IMG/VR virus record: IMGVR_UViG_3300045988_089718
Span: 1 to 64,000 of that record
Strand: one strand, 5' to 3'
DNA length: 64,000 nucleotides
From: a virus
Each line of letters starts with the position of its first letter. Position 1 is the stretch's first letter. Shown here piece by piece: positions 55,510-64,000 of the stretch. Made by a program: the position numbers and the translations under genes. The notes beneath the pieces are model-generated. The model did no database searches. It had not been told where the DNA came from and saw only the letters and a list, made by a program, of their open reading frames with translations.

Positions 55510-56122
55510 TAGAAGAGACGTTTTACAGGAGGCTTTACATAAGTGTTTTGTAGAAATGTATAGATGGGCTCAGCCTTCTATAGATTTAGATGAGCTTATT
55601 AAGAATGGATTTAAAGATAGTACAGAAGATCCATTATATGCTAGACATTATTTATCTCAAGATAATTTTAATTATATAAGAGATACTTATATGTATGCAT
55701 ATGGTATTAAGGATACTTGGGATGATACTTTTGAAACATTAATTAAGCAACTCTTAGAAGGAGGTATAGAAGATGATTATAAAAAAGCCACTGCTGATAG
55801 ACCAGCCTATAGGGATTATAAAAAAGTTCTTCCATTAAAAGAAGTTATTACTTGTCCAGGAGAAATTAATACTATTATTGACTATATAAAGAAATGTCAA
55901 AACTTTTATAAAGGACATTGCTATGAAACTAATCAGTTTTCTTGTAGTATTGCGTTAGGTCCTAGTCCTAATTGTAATGCAAAACATGTTGAAGAATATT
56001 GGCATACTCATGGTAAGCCAGAATTTAAAATAGTAGAATATAATATCTCAGATGTTATTTATGGGGACGGAGACTTTGAAGAAGTATCTGATGAAGAATT
56101 CCTCGCTACATTAAGATGGTAA
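55502..56122 (+). CDS. hypothetical protein (206 aa)
   Basis: ORF. Confidence 0.55.
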   Translation: MIDRRDVLQEALHKCFVEMYRWAQPSIDLDELIKNGFKDSTEDPLYARHYLSQDNFNYIRDTYMYAYGIKDTWDDTFETLIKQLLEGGIEDDYKKATADRPAYRDYKKVLPLKEVITCPGEINTIIDYIKKCQNFYKGHCYETNQFSCSIALGPSPNCNAKHVEEYWHTHGKPEFKIVEYNISDVIYGDGDFEEVSDEEFLATLRW

Positions 56123-56352
56123 CTAATGAAATTACTAAAGATAACAAAACACTGCTTATCTGCTATAAAAATTCATATCCCTGTGGACAAATATTATACA
56201 ACGGGAGTAAGTGGATATATATTACTAGTGTAGATATAAATAAAGTTAATTATGCGGAAGATACTCCTCATAATTTAGTACAAAAATTATTAGATAAAGA
56301 AATTATTGATAATATAATGTTTTTCACATACAATGGAGAGAATGCCAACTGA
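56116..56352 (+). CDS. small protein, possible third member of the 54959/55225 family (78 aa)
   Basis: LLICYKNSYPCGQILYNGSKWIYITSVDIN echoes the IIAYK...W.Y..D pattern. Confidence 0.4.
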   Translation: MVTNEITKDNKTLLICYKNSYPCGQILYNGSKWIYITSVDINKVNYAEDTPHNLVQKLLDKEIIDNIMFFTYNGENAN

Positions 56353-57127
56353 ATTTACTTTAGAAGAAGTATTAGAAGGAAAAGCTACTAGTATTAAAGG
56401 TAAAGATTATCTTCCTACTAGAGGATATATTGAGCCTTTCCTAGAAAGAGTTCAAAAATTAACTTCTGATATTAGAGTACATGTAAAATTACCTGATCAA
56501 ATCACTTATAATAAAAATGGTGATATAGATACTGCTGATTTAACTTTTAATAGAGTATGGTTAGAAGCAGTATTACCAAATGAATATCAATATGCTAATC
56601 ATCAGCAAGTAATTGGTATGGTATATGGTCTAGACACTAGAAAAGCTGTTGTAAAAATGTATTCAGGTGCTCTGAATTCTGCATGTACAAATCTTTGTGT
56701 ATTTAATCCAGACAGTTTAGTAGTTAATGAGATAGAGCCAGAAACTCCAATTAATTTTAAACCAATTACAAGACTTGTAGAGCAAACCACAGAGATAGGA
56801 GTTACTCTCAGACGTTTTGCAGACACAGATTTCGACTATACCAATAAAAGTTTTGTAAATGAACATTTGGGTAGATGGATTCGTAACTGTATGTCTGAAT
56901 CTGTTGATAATGGTTTTGGTAAAGTGAAATTAGCTACATCAACTCCTATTGATGCTTATAAATTATTATTTGATAAAAAAGATAGTCCATATCTTATATC
57001 AGATGATAACGCAAATATGTTTACTGTATATAATGCATTCACTCAAATTATAACTGATTCTATGAAAAAGGATATTATGAATCAGGTTGAGAAAACTTTA
57101 CTAGTAAACAGCATTTTAACTTTGTAA
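56333..57127 (+). CDS. hypothetical protein (264 aa)
   Basis: Long ORF. Confidence 0.55.
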   Translation: MERMPTEFTLEEVLEGKATSIKGKDYLPTRGYIEPFLERVQKLTSDIRVHVKLPDQITYNKNGDIDTADLTFNRVWLEAVLPNEYQYANHQQVIGMVYGLDTRKAVVKMYSGALNSACTNLCVFNPDSLVVNEIEPETPINFKPITRLVEQTTEIGVTLRRFADTDFDYTNKSFVNEHLGRWIRNCMSESVDNGFGKVKLATSTPIDAYKLLFDKKDSPYLISDDNANMFTVYNAFTQIITDSMKKDIMNQVEKTLLVNSILTL

Positions 57128-57150
57128 ATAATATTTTGAAATAACTATAT

Positions 57151-57191
57151 AAGCACTATATTATTAGTTCAGTACTAGTATTATAGTGCTT
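57151..57191 (+). promoter_or_regulatory. 10-bp perfect inverted repeat AAGCACTATA...TATAGTGCTT upstream of nrdD
   Basis: Read directly; the half-sites CACTATA/TATAGTG resemble NrdR-box half-sites (acaCwAtATaTwGtgt) but are separated by 21 nt. Confidence 0.35.
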
Positions 57192-57224
57192 ATTTCGTAG
57201 ATGATTTAAAATGTTAATTTATAA

Positions 57225-59453
57225 ATGTTATTTATGGTAATAAAAAGAGACGGAATTAAAGAAGAGTTTAACAGAAACAAAATTAGAGATGCTGTACTAA
57301 AAGCTTTTGGAGTTACCCAAAATTCTAGTAAAACAATAGATGAAGATATTTACAGAGCAGTTACTGAGATAACTAATTCTGTAGTAGAGACTGAAGATCA
57401 ATCTATTGAGGATATTCAAGACCAAATTGAAGAACTTTTAATGGATTTAGGATATCACGACGTAGCTAAAAAATATATTCTATATCGTAAAGAACGTGAG
57501 GATATTAGAAATCATGCTACTAGGGATATTAAATTTATTCATAATTTTGTAAAATCTGATAATACTGCTAATGCTACTATTGACGACAATAGTAATGTTG
57601 GAACTAAAGGTATTGGAGTATTAAACGCTGAAATACATAAAGTCGATAATAAACTCACTAATACAGAATGGTGGGAAAGTTTTGTAAAGAAGAGAGATCC
57701 TAACTTTAATATAAAAGTTATGAGAAATGATTTTAAAACTATTTTATATCCTCATGACTCATCTTCTCAAGTAGGAGAACCATATTGTATGGCAGCTTCT
57801 ATGTATCCTTTCTTGTTGTCTGGATTAGAGAAATTAGGAGGCAAATCAGCTGTTCCAAAGAATCTTGATTCATTCTGTGGTATTTATGTAAATTTAAACT
57901 TTGCATTAGCTTCTGAAATTAAAGGAGCAGTAGCTACTCCTGAGTTCCTAATGTATATGGATTATTTCTGTAGAAAAGAATGGGGAAATAATTATTATCT
58001 CAAACCAAGTGTAAAAATAACTACAGACTATTGTATAAAACAAAAAACTATTGGTAGTCAAATTGATCAGTATTTCCAACAGGTAACTTATTCTATTAAT
58101 CAAATAGCAGGAGCTAGAGGAATGCAGTCTCCATTTACAAATTTTTCATTCTTCGATAAATATTTCTTTGAAGGTATGTTTGGAGAATTTGTATTTCCAG
58201 ATGGAACAAAGCCAGAATGGAACTCTACTAATTGGCTACAAAAACGTTATTTACATTGGCTAAATCAAGAAAGATTAAAATGTATTTTAACATTCCCTGT
58301 ATGTAGCTATGCTTGTTTAACTGATAAGGAAGGTAATTTTAAAGATTTAGACACTTTCCATTATATATGCAATGAATATGCTCAAGGAAATTCTTTCTTT
58401 ACTTACATGTCTCGTAGCGTAGATAGTTTAAGCTCATGTTGTCGCTTACAGAATGCAGTACAAGAAAATACGTTTAATACTACTAATGGTCAGATAGGAA
58501 TAATGACTGGTAGTAAGAATGTTATTACCCTTGATTTAAATAGAATTATTCAGGATTGGCAGCATACTTGGTCTGATTATAAAGACCATATTGATGTTGA
58601 TACTAATAGATGTTGCTTCCCAGTAGATTGGATTACACATAAAGACTTCCAAGAAGGAATTAAGAAATATATAGAAAATATTCTTGAAAGAGTTTATTTA
58701 TATCAGTATGCTTACAATGACTTAATGCATTGGTGTAAAGACCATCATTTATATGCTGCTTATGATGCTGGTTTTATTAATCTTGATAAACAGTACTTAA
58801 CTATTGGAATTAATGGTTTAAATCAGGCTGCTGAATACTTAGGAATGGAATGTAATAATAATATTTATTATAAGACATTCTGTAGATTGATATTCAGTAC
58901 TATAAAAGAACAGAATAAGAAACATAAAACTAAAACAGCTCAATTTAATACTGAACAAGTGCCAGCAGAATCTGCTTCAGTAAAACTCTATAATAGAGAT
59001 AAAGCTGATGGCTATTGGGTTCCTACAGATACTAATCTGTATGCTAGTTATATATTTAAACCTAATGATACACATATAAGTATACTTGATAAAATTATAC
59101 TTCATAGTTCTGAGTTCGCTGCTGATGAATTAGATGGAGGTTCTGCTTGCCATCTTAATTTATCTGAACATTTGAGTCAGAAACAATATGAGTATTTACT
59201 TAAATTTATGGCTAAAGTAGGTTGTAAATATGTTACTTTTAATATTCCTAATTGTGAATGTGAAGAGTGTCATTTTATAGCAAAACAACCATTCAGTAAA
59301 TGTCCTAAATGCGGCAGTACTCATGTAAGTCTATGGGATAGAATTATCGGTTATCTTACAAAAATTTCTAACTGGAGTGCTGCTAGACGATTAGAAGGTA
59401 GTACTAGAAGTAGAAAAAATGGATTAGAAATTAATATAGAATTAGCACAATGA
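57225..59453 (+). CDS. nrdD: Anaerobic (class III) ribonucleoside-triphosphate reductase
   Basis: N-terminal ATP-cone-like VIKRDGIKEEFNRNKI; C-terminal Zn ribbon CECEECHF...CPKCGS, then glycyl-radical motif RIIGYL; 742 aa. Confidence 0.85.
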   Translation: MLFMVIKRDGIKEEFNRNKIRDAVLKAFGVTQNSSKTIDEDIYRAVTEITNSVVETEDQSIEDIQDQIEELLMDLGYHDVAKKYILYRKEREDIRNHATRDIKFIHNFVKSDNTANATIDDNSNVGTKGIGVLNAEIHKVDNKLTNTEWWESFVKKRDPNFNIKVMRNDFKTILYPHDSSSQVGEPYCMAASMYPFLLSGLEKLGGKSAVPKNLDSFCGIYVNLNFALASEIKGAVATPEFLMYMDYFCRKEWGNNYYLKPSVKITTDYCIKQKTIGSQIDQYFQQVTYSINQIAGARGMQSPFTNFSFFDKYFFEGMFGEFVFPDGTKPEWNSTNWLQKRYLHWLNQERLKCILTFPVCSYACLTDKEGNFKDLDTFHYICNEYAQGNSFFTYMSRSVDSLSSCCRLQNAVQENTFNTTNGQIGIMTGSKNVITLDLNRIIQDWQHTWSDYKDHIDVDTNRCCFPVDWITHKDFQEGIKKYIENILERVYLYQYAYNDLMHWCKDHHLYAAYDAGFINLDKQYLTIGINGLNQAAEYLGMECNNNIYYKTFCRLIFSTIKEQNKKHKTKTAQFNTEQVPAESASVKLYNRDKADGYWVPTDTNLYASYIFKPNDTHISILDKIILHSSEFAADELDGGSACHLNLSEHLSQKQYEYLLKFMAKVGCKYVTFNIPNCECEECHFIAKQPFSKCPKCGSTHVSLWDRIIGYLTKISNWSAARRLEGSTRSRKNGLEINIELAQ

Positions 59454-59713
59454 AAAAAATATTAAAATTTGAAGCAGAATGGTGTGGACAATGTAAAGCT
59501 TTAGCACCTATTTTAAAAAGAGTATTAGAAAATCATACTGATATTACCTTAATTACAGTAGATATAGAGACAGAGGAAGAAACTACTCTTAAATATAATA
59601 TTAGGAATCTCCCAACTCTTGTATTTATAAAAGATAATATAGAGGTAGGAAGAACTTCTGGAGTTCTAACTGCTGATATGCTTGAGAACAAAATTAAAGA
59701 GTTCTATGCTTAA
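59450..59713 (+). CDS. Thioredoxin/glutaredoxin-like redoxin (87 aa)
   Basis: Active-site WCGQCK (CxxC) with the characteristic thioredoxin-fold order; start overlaps the nrdD stop. Confidence 0.7.
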   Translation: MKKILKFEAEWCGQCKALAPILKRVLENHTDITLITVDIETEEETTLKYNIRNLPTLVFIKDNIEVGRTSGVLTADMLENKIKEFYA

Positions 59714-60182
59714 ATATGTTGATACTGCTGTTACTTTTGCAGAATTTCCTAATGAAGTTTCTCTGTGTATTAACATCAGTAATTGCCCTTGTTGCTGTGA
59801 TGGTTGCCATTCGCCTTATTTGTCAAAAGATATTGGAGAAGTGCTATCATTGGAACGACTCCAAGGATTAATTGAATCTAATAAGGGGATTACATTAGTA
59901 GGATTTATGGGAGGAGATTCTGATCCAGAAGAAATAAATAAATTAGCTAAATGGGTTAGAGAAAATTATCCCGAATTACATATTGGATGGTATAGTGGCA
60001 AACAATTACTAGCTGATAATGACATAGATATTGATAATTTTGATTATATTAAACTTGGTCCTTATATGAAACAATTTGGACCATTAAATAATCCGAATAC
60101 TAATCAAAAATTTTATAAGATAGATAGAAATGCCCATATAATGATATGGTGTACTGATATATTTTGGAAGGAGGCTGAATAA
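59706..60182 (+). CDS. nrdG: Anaerobic RNR activating enzyme (radical SAM)
   Basis: CPCCCDGCHSP provides the CX3CX2C cluster; size and position after nrdD; internal ATG chosen (the ORF track's 59682 start overlaps the redoxin). Confidence 0.7.
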   Translation: MLKYVDTAVTFAEFPNEVSLCINISNCPCCCDGCHSPYLSKDIGEVLSLERLQGLIESNKGITLVGFMGGDSDPEEINKLAKWVRENYPELHIGWYSGKQLLADNDIDIDNFDYIKLGPYMKQFGPLNNPNTNQKFYKIDRNAHIMIWCTDIFWKEAE

Positions 60183-60358
60183 GCCTCCTTTTTTAGTTTT
60201 TATGGAGTGTGCAATTTTAAATTATGGTGTAGGAAGTGTTGATTTAGTAACAGTTCCAGATGATATTGATGATGTAGAAGTTTATTTATATGATGTCCTT
60301 GGCTACAGAGAAGATGAAATAGAATTTATGATTAAAGAAGGAAGAATTGATATAAAGG

Positions 60359-60754
60359 ATGATAGGGACTAAACGAATAAATAATTTAGAATTTAAGGTT
60401 GCTACCTATCTTTTAAAAAATCCTCCCGAAATTAAAGCTTACCATATAAATAGATATATGCCTAATTGTTATTATGGTCATGAGTCTGATTTTATAAAAA
60501 TAGATAATGATTGGTACAGAGACCCGAACTTTTCTTGGCATAAATTACATAAGAGTTGTTTTAAAAATCCTGAAACTTGTTATGCTATAGCAAAGTTTGA
60601 ATATGATGATCACGAAGGAATTTATGAATTTATATGGATAGATGAAAGACCTTTAGATTTAACAAAACAAGAAGAAAAAGATTTTAAAGAATTAATTATT
60701 TATGGTTTTAATAAGTTAAATCATGGAAATAACGAAAGTAAATCAGGTTACTGA
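60359..60754 (+). CDS. hypothetical protein (131 aa)
   Basis: ORF. Confidence 0.5.
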   Translation: MIGTKRINNLEFKVATYLLKNPPEIKAYHINRYMPNCYYGHESDFIKIDNDWYRDPNFSWHKLHKSCFKNPETCYAIAKFEYDDHEGIYEFIWIDERPLDLTKQEEKDFKELIIYGFNKLNHGNNESKSGY

Positions 60755-60932
60755 TAATCTTAAAAAATATACGTATAGTGGTAAAGAATCAGACTATATA
60801 ACTATAACGGAATGGGCTAATGGAGAAGGGTATGATATTGATATTAATGGTAAATTAATAACTCTATCTGATAGTGAGTTAGAAGCTATCAACTATTTAA
60901 CTTTAGCACTACGTTATAAAAATAATGGATGA
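60723..60932 (+). CDS. hypothetical protein (69 aa)
   Basis: ORF. Confidence 0.4.
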   Translation: MEITKVNQVTDNLKKYTYSGKESDYITITEWANGEGYDIDINGKLITLSDSELEAINYLTLALRYKNNG

Positions 60933-61084
60933 CATAATTATATTAGATTATTCCAATGGTGAAGTTTATATTTATACTTTGCCTAGATTAAATATGTATG
61001 ATAGTGAGATAGAGACTTGGTTAGGTTATATGGACTTTAATCTAAGCGATGTAAGTTGGATGGTTAATAAAAATATTACAATTA

Positions 61085-61543
61085 ATGATGAAAGAAAATA
61101 ATACAGAATCAGAAAGTAGAACTGAGTTAGAGCAGAATATTGATGAAATTATTGAGAAGGCTAGAAAAACTTCTAATACTTGTATTTTAGAGATTGTAAA
61201 ATTAATTAAATCAGAATTATCTCGCAATAAGTATTCTGAGAAACCGATTTCTGAATTGGAGGTTCTACAGCAAATGGCTAAAACCCGTGTAAAAACTATA
61301 GCTATATATGATAAAGCTGGACGTTATGATTTAAGAGATAAAGATGCTAAAGAATTAGGTCTTATCCAAGAATTTATACCTAAAGAACCTTCAGAGCAGG
61401 AGATTGAGGAACTTATTGCTGAATTAATGGAAGCAACAACTCTCACTATTAAAGATACTAAAGGTGTTATTGCAGATGTTCAAAATAGATTCCCTACTGC
61501 TCAAAAGAGTACTATTGTCAAAATATTTAAATCTTTACTGTAA
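61085..61543 (+). CDS. GatB/YqeY-domain protein (152 aa)
   Basis: C-terminal ...TLTIKDTKGVIADVQNRFPTAQKSTIVKIFKSLL and N-terminal helical region resemble YqeY-family proteins. Confidence 0.45.
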   Translation: MMKENNTESESRTELEQNIDEIIEKARKTSNTCILEIVKLIKSELSRNKYSEKPISELEVLQQMAKTRVKTIAIYDKAGRYDLRDKDAKELGLIQEFIPKEPSEQEIEELIAELMEATTLTIKDTKGVIADVQNRFPTAQKSTIVKIFKSLL

Positions 61544-61860
61544 TGAAGTTATACGGAAAATTGGATGGCGAGGCTATTACTGACATTTCTTATAATTCGA
61601 AAGCTTTTGAATGGTATGATGATGTTTATTATACTACTAAAGAAACTGTATCAGTATGTAATGTTTACATGCCTTTTGAAGAAAATTGGGATGCGGACTG
61701 GCTTCCTTATAATTGTACTATCGTAGAAGATGATATATTTTTCAAAGATGGTAAATACTATTATGAGGGATATGAGCCTGATAATTATTCAGCAAGGGGT
61801 GAACGAACGTTTGAATATAAAGAAGGTAAATTAATAAAACAACAGTTTAAACCATATTAA
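61543..61860 (+). CDS. hypothetical protein (105 aa)
   Basis: ORF. Confidence 0.5.
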   Translation: MKLYGKLDGEAITDISYNSKAFEWYDDVYYTTKETVSVCNVYMPFEENWDADWLPYNCTIVEDDIFFKDGKYYYEGYEPDNYSARGERTFEYKEGKLIKQQFKPY

Positions 61861-61861
61861 T

Positions 61862-62191
61862 ATGTATTTTATATATAAGAAACAAATAAATGTAGCTAGT
61901 GAATATAGTTATAATGTAGACTCTATAGTTGAATGGTTTAAAAATTATATCGATCAAGATGATATTATAGAGGCATATGGAGGAGTAGAAGAAGTTACTG
62001 CTAAAGATATAGTAGACGATATTTTCTGTGAATCCGATTCTTGGTATGATGATTTTATAAAAAATTTTGATATAGAATCAGATGTTGTGGAGAATATGTA
62101 TCCTGAAGATATTGCTGAACAGATAAAAGAAGTAGCAGGAGATAAATTAGTAGATTATTATACTAAATATTTAAAAGAACTTCAAAAATGA
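61862..62191 (+). CDS. hypothetical acidic protein (109 aa)
   Basis: ORF. Confidence 0.5.
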   Translation: MYFIYKKQINVASEYSYNVDSIVEWFKNYIDQDDIIEAYGGVEEVTAKDIVDDIFCESDSWYDDFIKNFDIESDVVENMYPEDIAEQIKEVAGDKLVDYYTKYLKELQK

Positions 62192-62475
62192 TAGATTTAA
62201 CATGGCGTGAAATTCGACAAGTGTTTGTTGAAGAAGACACTCTTTACTCAGCTTTACTTTACGTATATCGTACTTATATAGGAGATGAAAATGATAGCAT
62301 AGACGAGATTATTGAAGGCATTCAAGACAATATAGAAAATTACATAGAGGAATTAATTAAAGAAGCTTCCCCTTATGATTATTCTAATGGAGATATAGAT
62401 GCTGAAGATATTACAGAGTTAGTTACCAAAGATGAATTCTTAGAAAAATTTAAAGAATGGTACGAAAATGGATGA
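62188..62475 (+). CDS. hypothetical acidic protein (95 aa)
   Basis: ORF. Confidence 0.45.
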   Translation: MIDLTWREIRQVFVEEDTLYSALLYVYRTYIGDENDSIDEIIEGIQDNIENYIEELIKEASPYDYSNGDIDAEDITELVTKDEFLEKFKEWYENG

Positions 62476-62767
62476 TACAATTGAATTACAATGGACATTG
62501 AATGAAAGTGATACTTTTACAAAGTACGAAATATTCGAGGCATTAGCAGATTTATTCGATACTTATGAAATAGTGCCAGAAAATGTAGATTATTCAAGTT
62601 ATGTAATTAATTGGCTAAATACTAATTTAAAAGATTTTGTAGAAGATTTTCTTACTATATTATATCCAATGATGGACATTAATGAAAAGGTAGATTATTG
62701 TAATATCACTAATTTATTAGATAATGAAGAATTTATAAAAGAATTTAAACTATATTTAGGTGACTAA
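62468..62767 (+). CDS. hypothetical acidic protein (99 aa)
   Basis: ORF. Confidence 0.45.
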   Translation: MDDTIELQWTLNESDTFTKYEIFEALADLFDTYEIVPENVDYSSYVINWLNTNLKDFVEDFLTILYPMMDINEKVDYCNITNLLDNEEFIKEFKLYLGD

Positions 62768-62999
62768 AATACTAGTAATTCCGGATGTACATGGTCGTGG
62801 TTTTTGGAAAGAACCATGCAATAATTGGACAGGTAAAATTATATTCTTAGGAGATTATCATGACCCTTATGGAGAATATGTAGTTGGAGAACCTGATAAA
62901 ACAGAATCTTTAATCAATCTTAAAGAATTAGTTACTTTTGTAGAGAATAGACGTAAAATTTCTGATGTTATATGCCTATTAGGCAATCATAAATTTTAA
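62760..62999 (+). CDS. Ser/Thr-phosphatase-like metallophosphoesterase, 5' exon only (interrupted directly after the GNH motif)
   Basis: VIPDVHG (DxH), IIFLGDYHD (GDxxD), LLGNH, then KF-stop where GNHE and the C-terminal half are expected; followed by intron-like sequence. Confidence 0.55.
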   Translation: MTKILVIPDVHGRGFWKEPCNNWTGKIIFLGDYHDPYGEYVVGEPDKTESLINLKELVTFVENRRKISDVICLLGNHKF

Positions 63000-64000
63000 C
63001 ATAGGTTTCCTTGGAAATCTTTTCTAAAATATGTATACTTAAGTGTTAATAATTAATACTTAAGCTATGCATCAATTTAATCACAATTATTTTAAAACTA
63101 TTGATACAGAAGAAAAAGCTTATATCCTTGGTTTTCTGTATGCTGATGGCTATAACTCTGATAAGCAAGTAGTTATAGCCCAATTAGAACAAGATGTTGA
63201 TATTTTAGAAAAGATAAATAAAGCACTAGATGCAGATAATCAAATAAAAAGAAAATTACAGAGTACAAATAATAAAACTGTATGTCAATTATACTATAGT
63301 AGTATAGATATGTGTGCAGACTTAACTAATCTTGGATGTTTTAGAAATAAATCTTTAGCATGTACTTTTCCAACATTTCTAGATAAATCTCTAATTCGAC
63401 ATTTCATTAGAGGTTATTTTGATGGTGATGGATGTGTTTGGATAGGTAAAAGAAAAATAATGACTGTTAAAGATAAGACGAGACCAAGTGGATTTCGGGA
63501 GCGCATAGTTCAAAATGTTAAATTTACAATAACTGGTAATATGACATTTATTAATAGTTTACAAGATGAGTTAGTACAAATGTTGGGATTTAAGAAAACT
63601 AAACTTAATTTTAGCAAGGCTAAAAATGCTAATAATAGCACTTGTGATAAAGTTTGTACTATGGAGTATTCTGGCAGAAAACAGATGCAATCTTTTTATA
63701 ATTATATGTATGAAGGAGCTTCTATTTGGGGAAATAGAAAAAAATTAAAATTTGAAGAAATTTGTGCGTTTGAAGAGAAATCTTCAAAGGACACCTAGTT
63801 AATTGCTGGAACGCCTGAGATGGTAATCAGCAGCCAAGCCTCTAATATTGAGGAAGGTTCATCGACTATCCCTGAAATGGGAGTAGAATCAAGTGATTCG
63901 AAATGCTAGGCTCTTAACGACACGCAAGTGGGCGAAGATGAAGATATAGTCAGTTCTGTAGTTAAATGAAGCTACAGCGATAAAATTGGGACTAGAGTAA
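63000..64000 (+). mobile_element. Probable group I intron carrying a LAGLIDADG homing endonuclease, inserted in the metallophosphoesterase gene (3' boundary beyond the window)
   Basis: Gene interrupted at a catalytic motif; the intervening ORF is a homing endonuclease; 63799-64000 is non-coding, locally GC-rich and hairpin-rich. Confidence 0.55.
63067..63798 (+). CDS. LAGLIDADG homing endonuclease (two-motif, 243 aa)
   Basis: Motif 1 ILGFLYADGY and motif 2 IRGYFDGDGCVW. Confidence 0.8.
   Translation: MHQFNHNYFKTIDTEEKAYILGFLYADGYNSDKQVVIAQLEQDVDILEKINKALDADNQIKRKLQSTNNKTVCQLYYSSIDMCADLTNLGCFRNKSLACTFPTFLDKSLIRHFIRGYFDGDGCVWIGKRKIMTVKDKTRPSGFRERIVQNVKFTITGNMTFINSLQDELVQMLGFKKTKLNFSKAKNANNSTCDKVCTMEYSGRKQMQSFYNYMYEGASIWGNRKKLKFEEICAFEEKSSKDT

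Noticed and set aside
1-64000. CRISPR arrays, integrase or attachment sites, virion structural genes (terminase, portal, capsid, tail)
   Set aside because: I looked for regularly spaced direct repeats and for recognisable terminase, portal or integrase motifs and found none in this window. The window appears to cover early or middle (replication, nucleotide metabolism, host-takeover) regions only.

Overview
This window is a low-GC (about 30%), almost entirely + strand, densely packed array of more than 120 mostly short ORFs, typical of a large tailed phage, likely of an anaerobic, low-GC gut host. The anaerobic host is inferred from the class III ribonucleotide reductase nrdD/nrdG.

Landmarks:
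- tRNA cluster (4.3-8.4 kb) with at least 12 tRNA or tRNA-like genes, and five more tRNA or tRNA-like genes elsewhere.
- Complete tmRNA-like gene (24.03-24.36 kb).
- DNA replication/nucleotide module (42-60 kb): SF2 DEAH helicase, DnaB-family helicase, TOPRIM primase, PD-(D/E)XK nuclease, HAD 5'-deoxynucleotidase, metallophosphoesterase, NrdD + thioredoxin + NrdG.
- Tightly overlapping NAMPT-family + macro-domain + Prs-family operon with RNase H (35.9-39.7 kb). This resembles the phage NAD+ reconstitution pathway NARP1, with an extra embedded macro domain.
- Flotillin-like SPFH protein next to an AAA ATPase.
- LAGLIDADG homing endonuclease inside a probable group I intron that splits a metallophosphatase gene at the window end.

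Unusual items:
1. An HNH endonuclease gene whose reading frame runs through two in-frame TAG codons, and a second nuclease gene with a probable in-frame TAG near its start. These hint at amber recoding or suppression.
2. A tandem array of 7 diversified paralogs, plus one distant copy, of an uncharacterised 'MCW...GYHSY...ATFIVPKGS..Y...IVS..IIYTGKY' family. One copy is frameshifted in a G5 tract.
3. A family of 6 hairpins with covarying stems and a conserved loop (TTsGyyTGTGAwAGaTAGg) in intergenic DNA around the tRNAs.
4. Several non-canonical tRNA-like genes: roughly 17-nt anticodon-region loops, a type II tRNA with a CCA anticodon, and mispaired acceptor stems.
5. A roughly 500-nt structured non-coding region with a strong terminator immediately after a tRNA.

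No CRISPR array, integrase or recognisable virion structural genes are seen here. All minus-strand ORFs look spurious.
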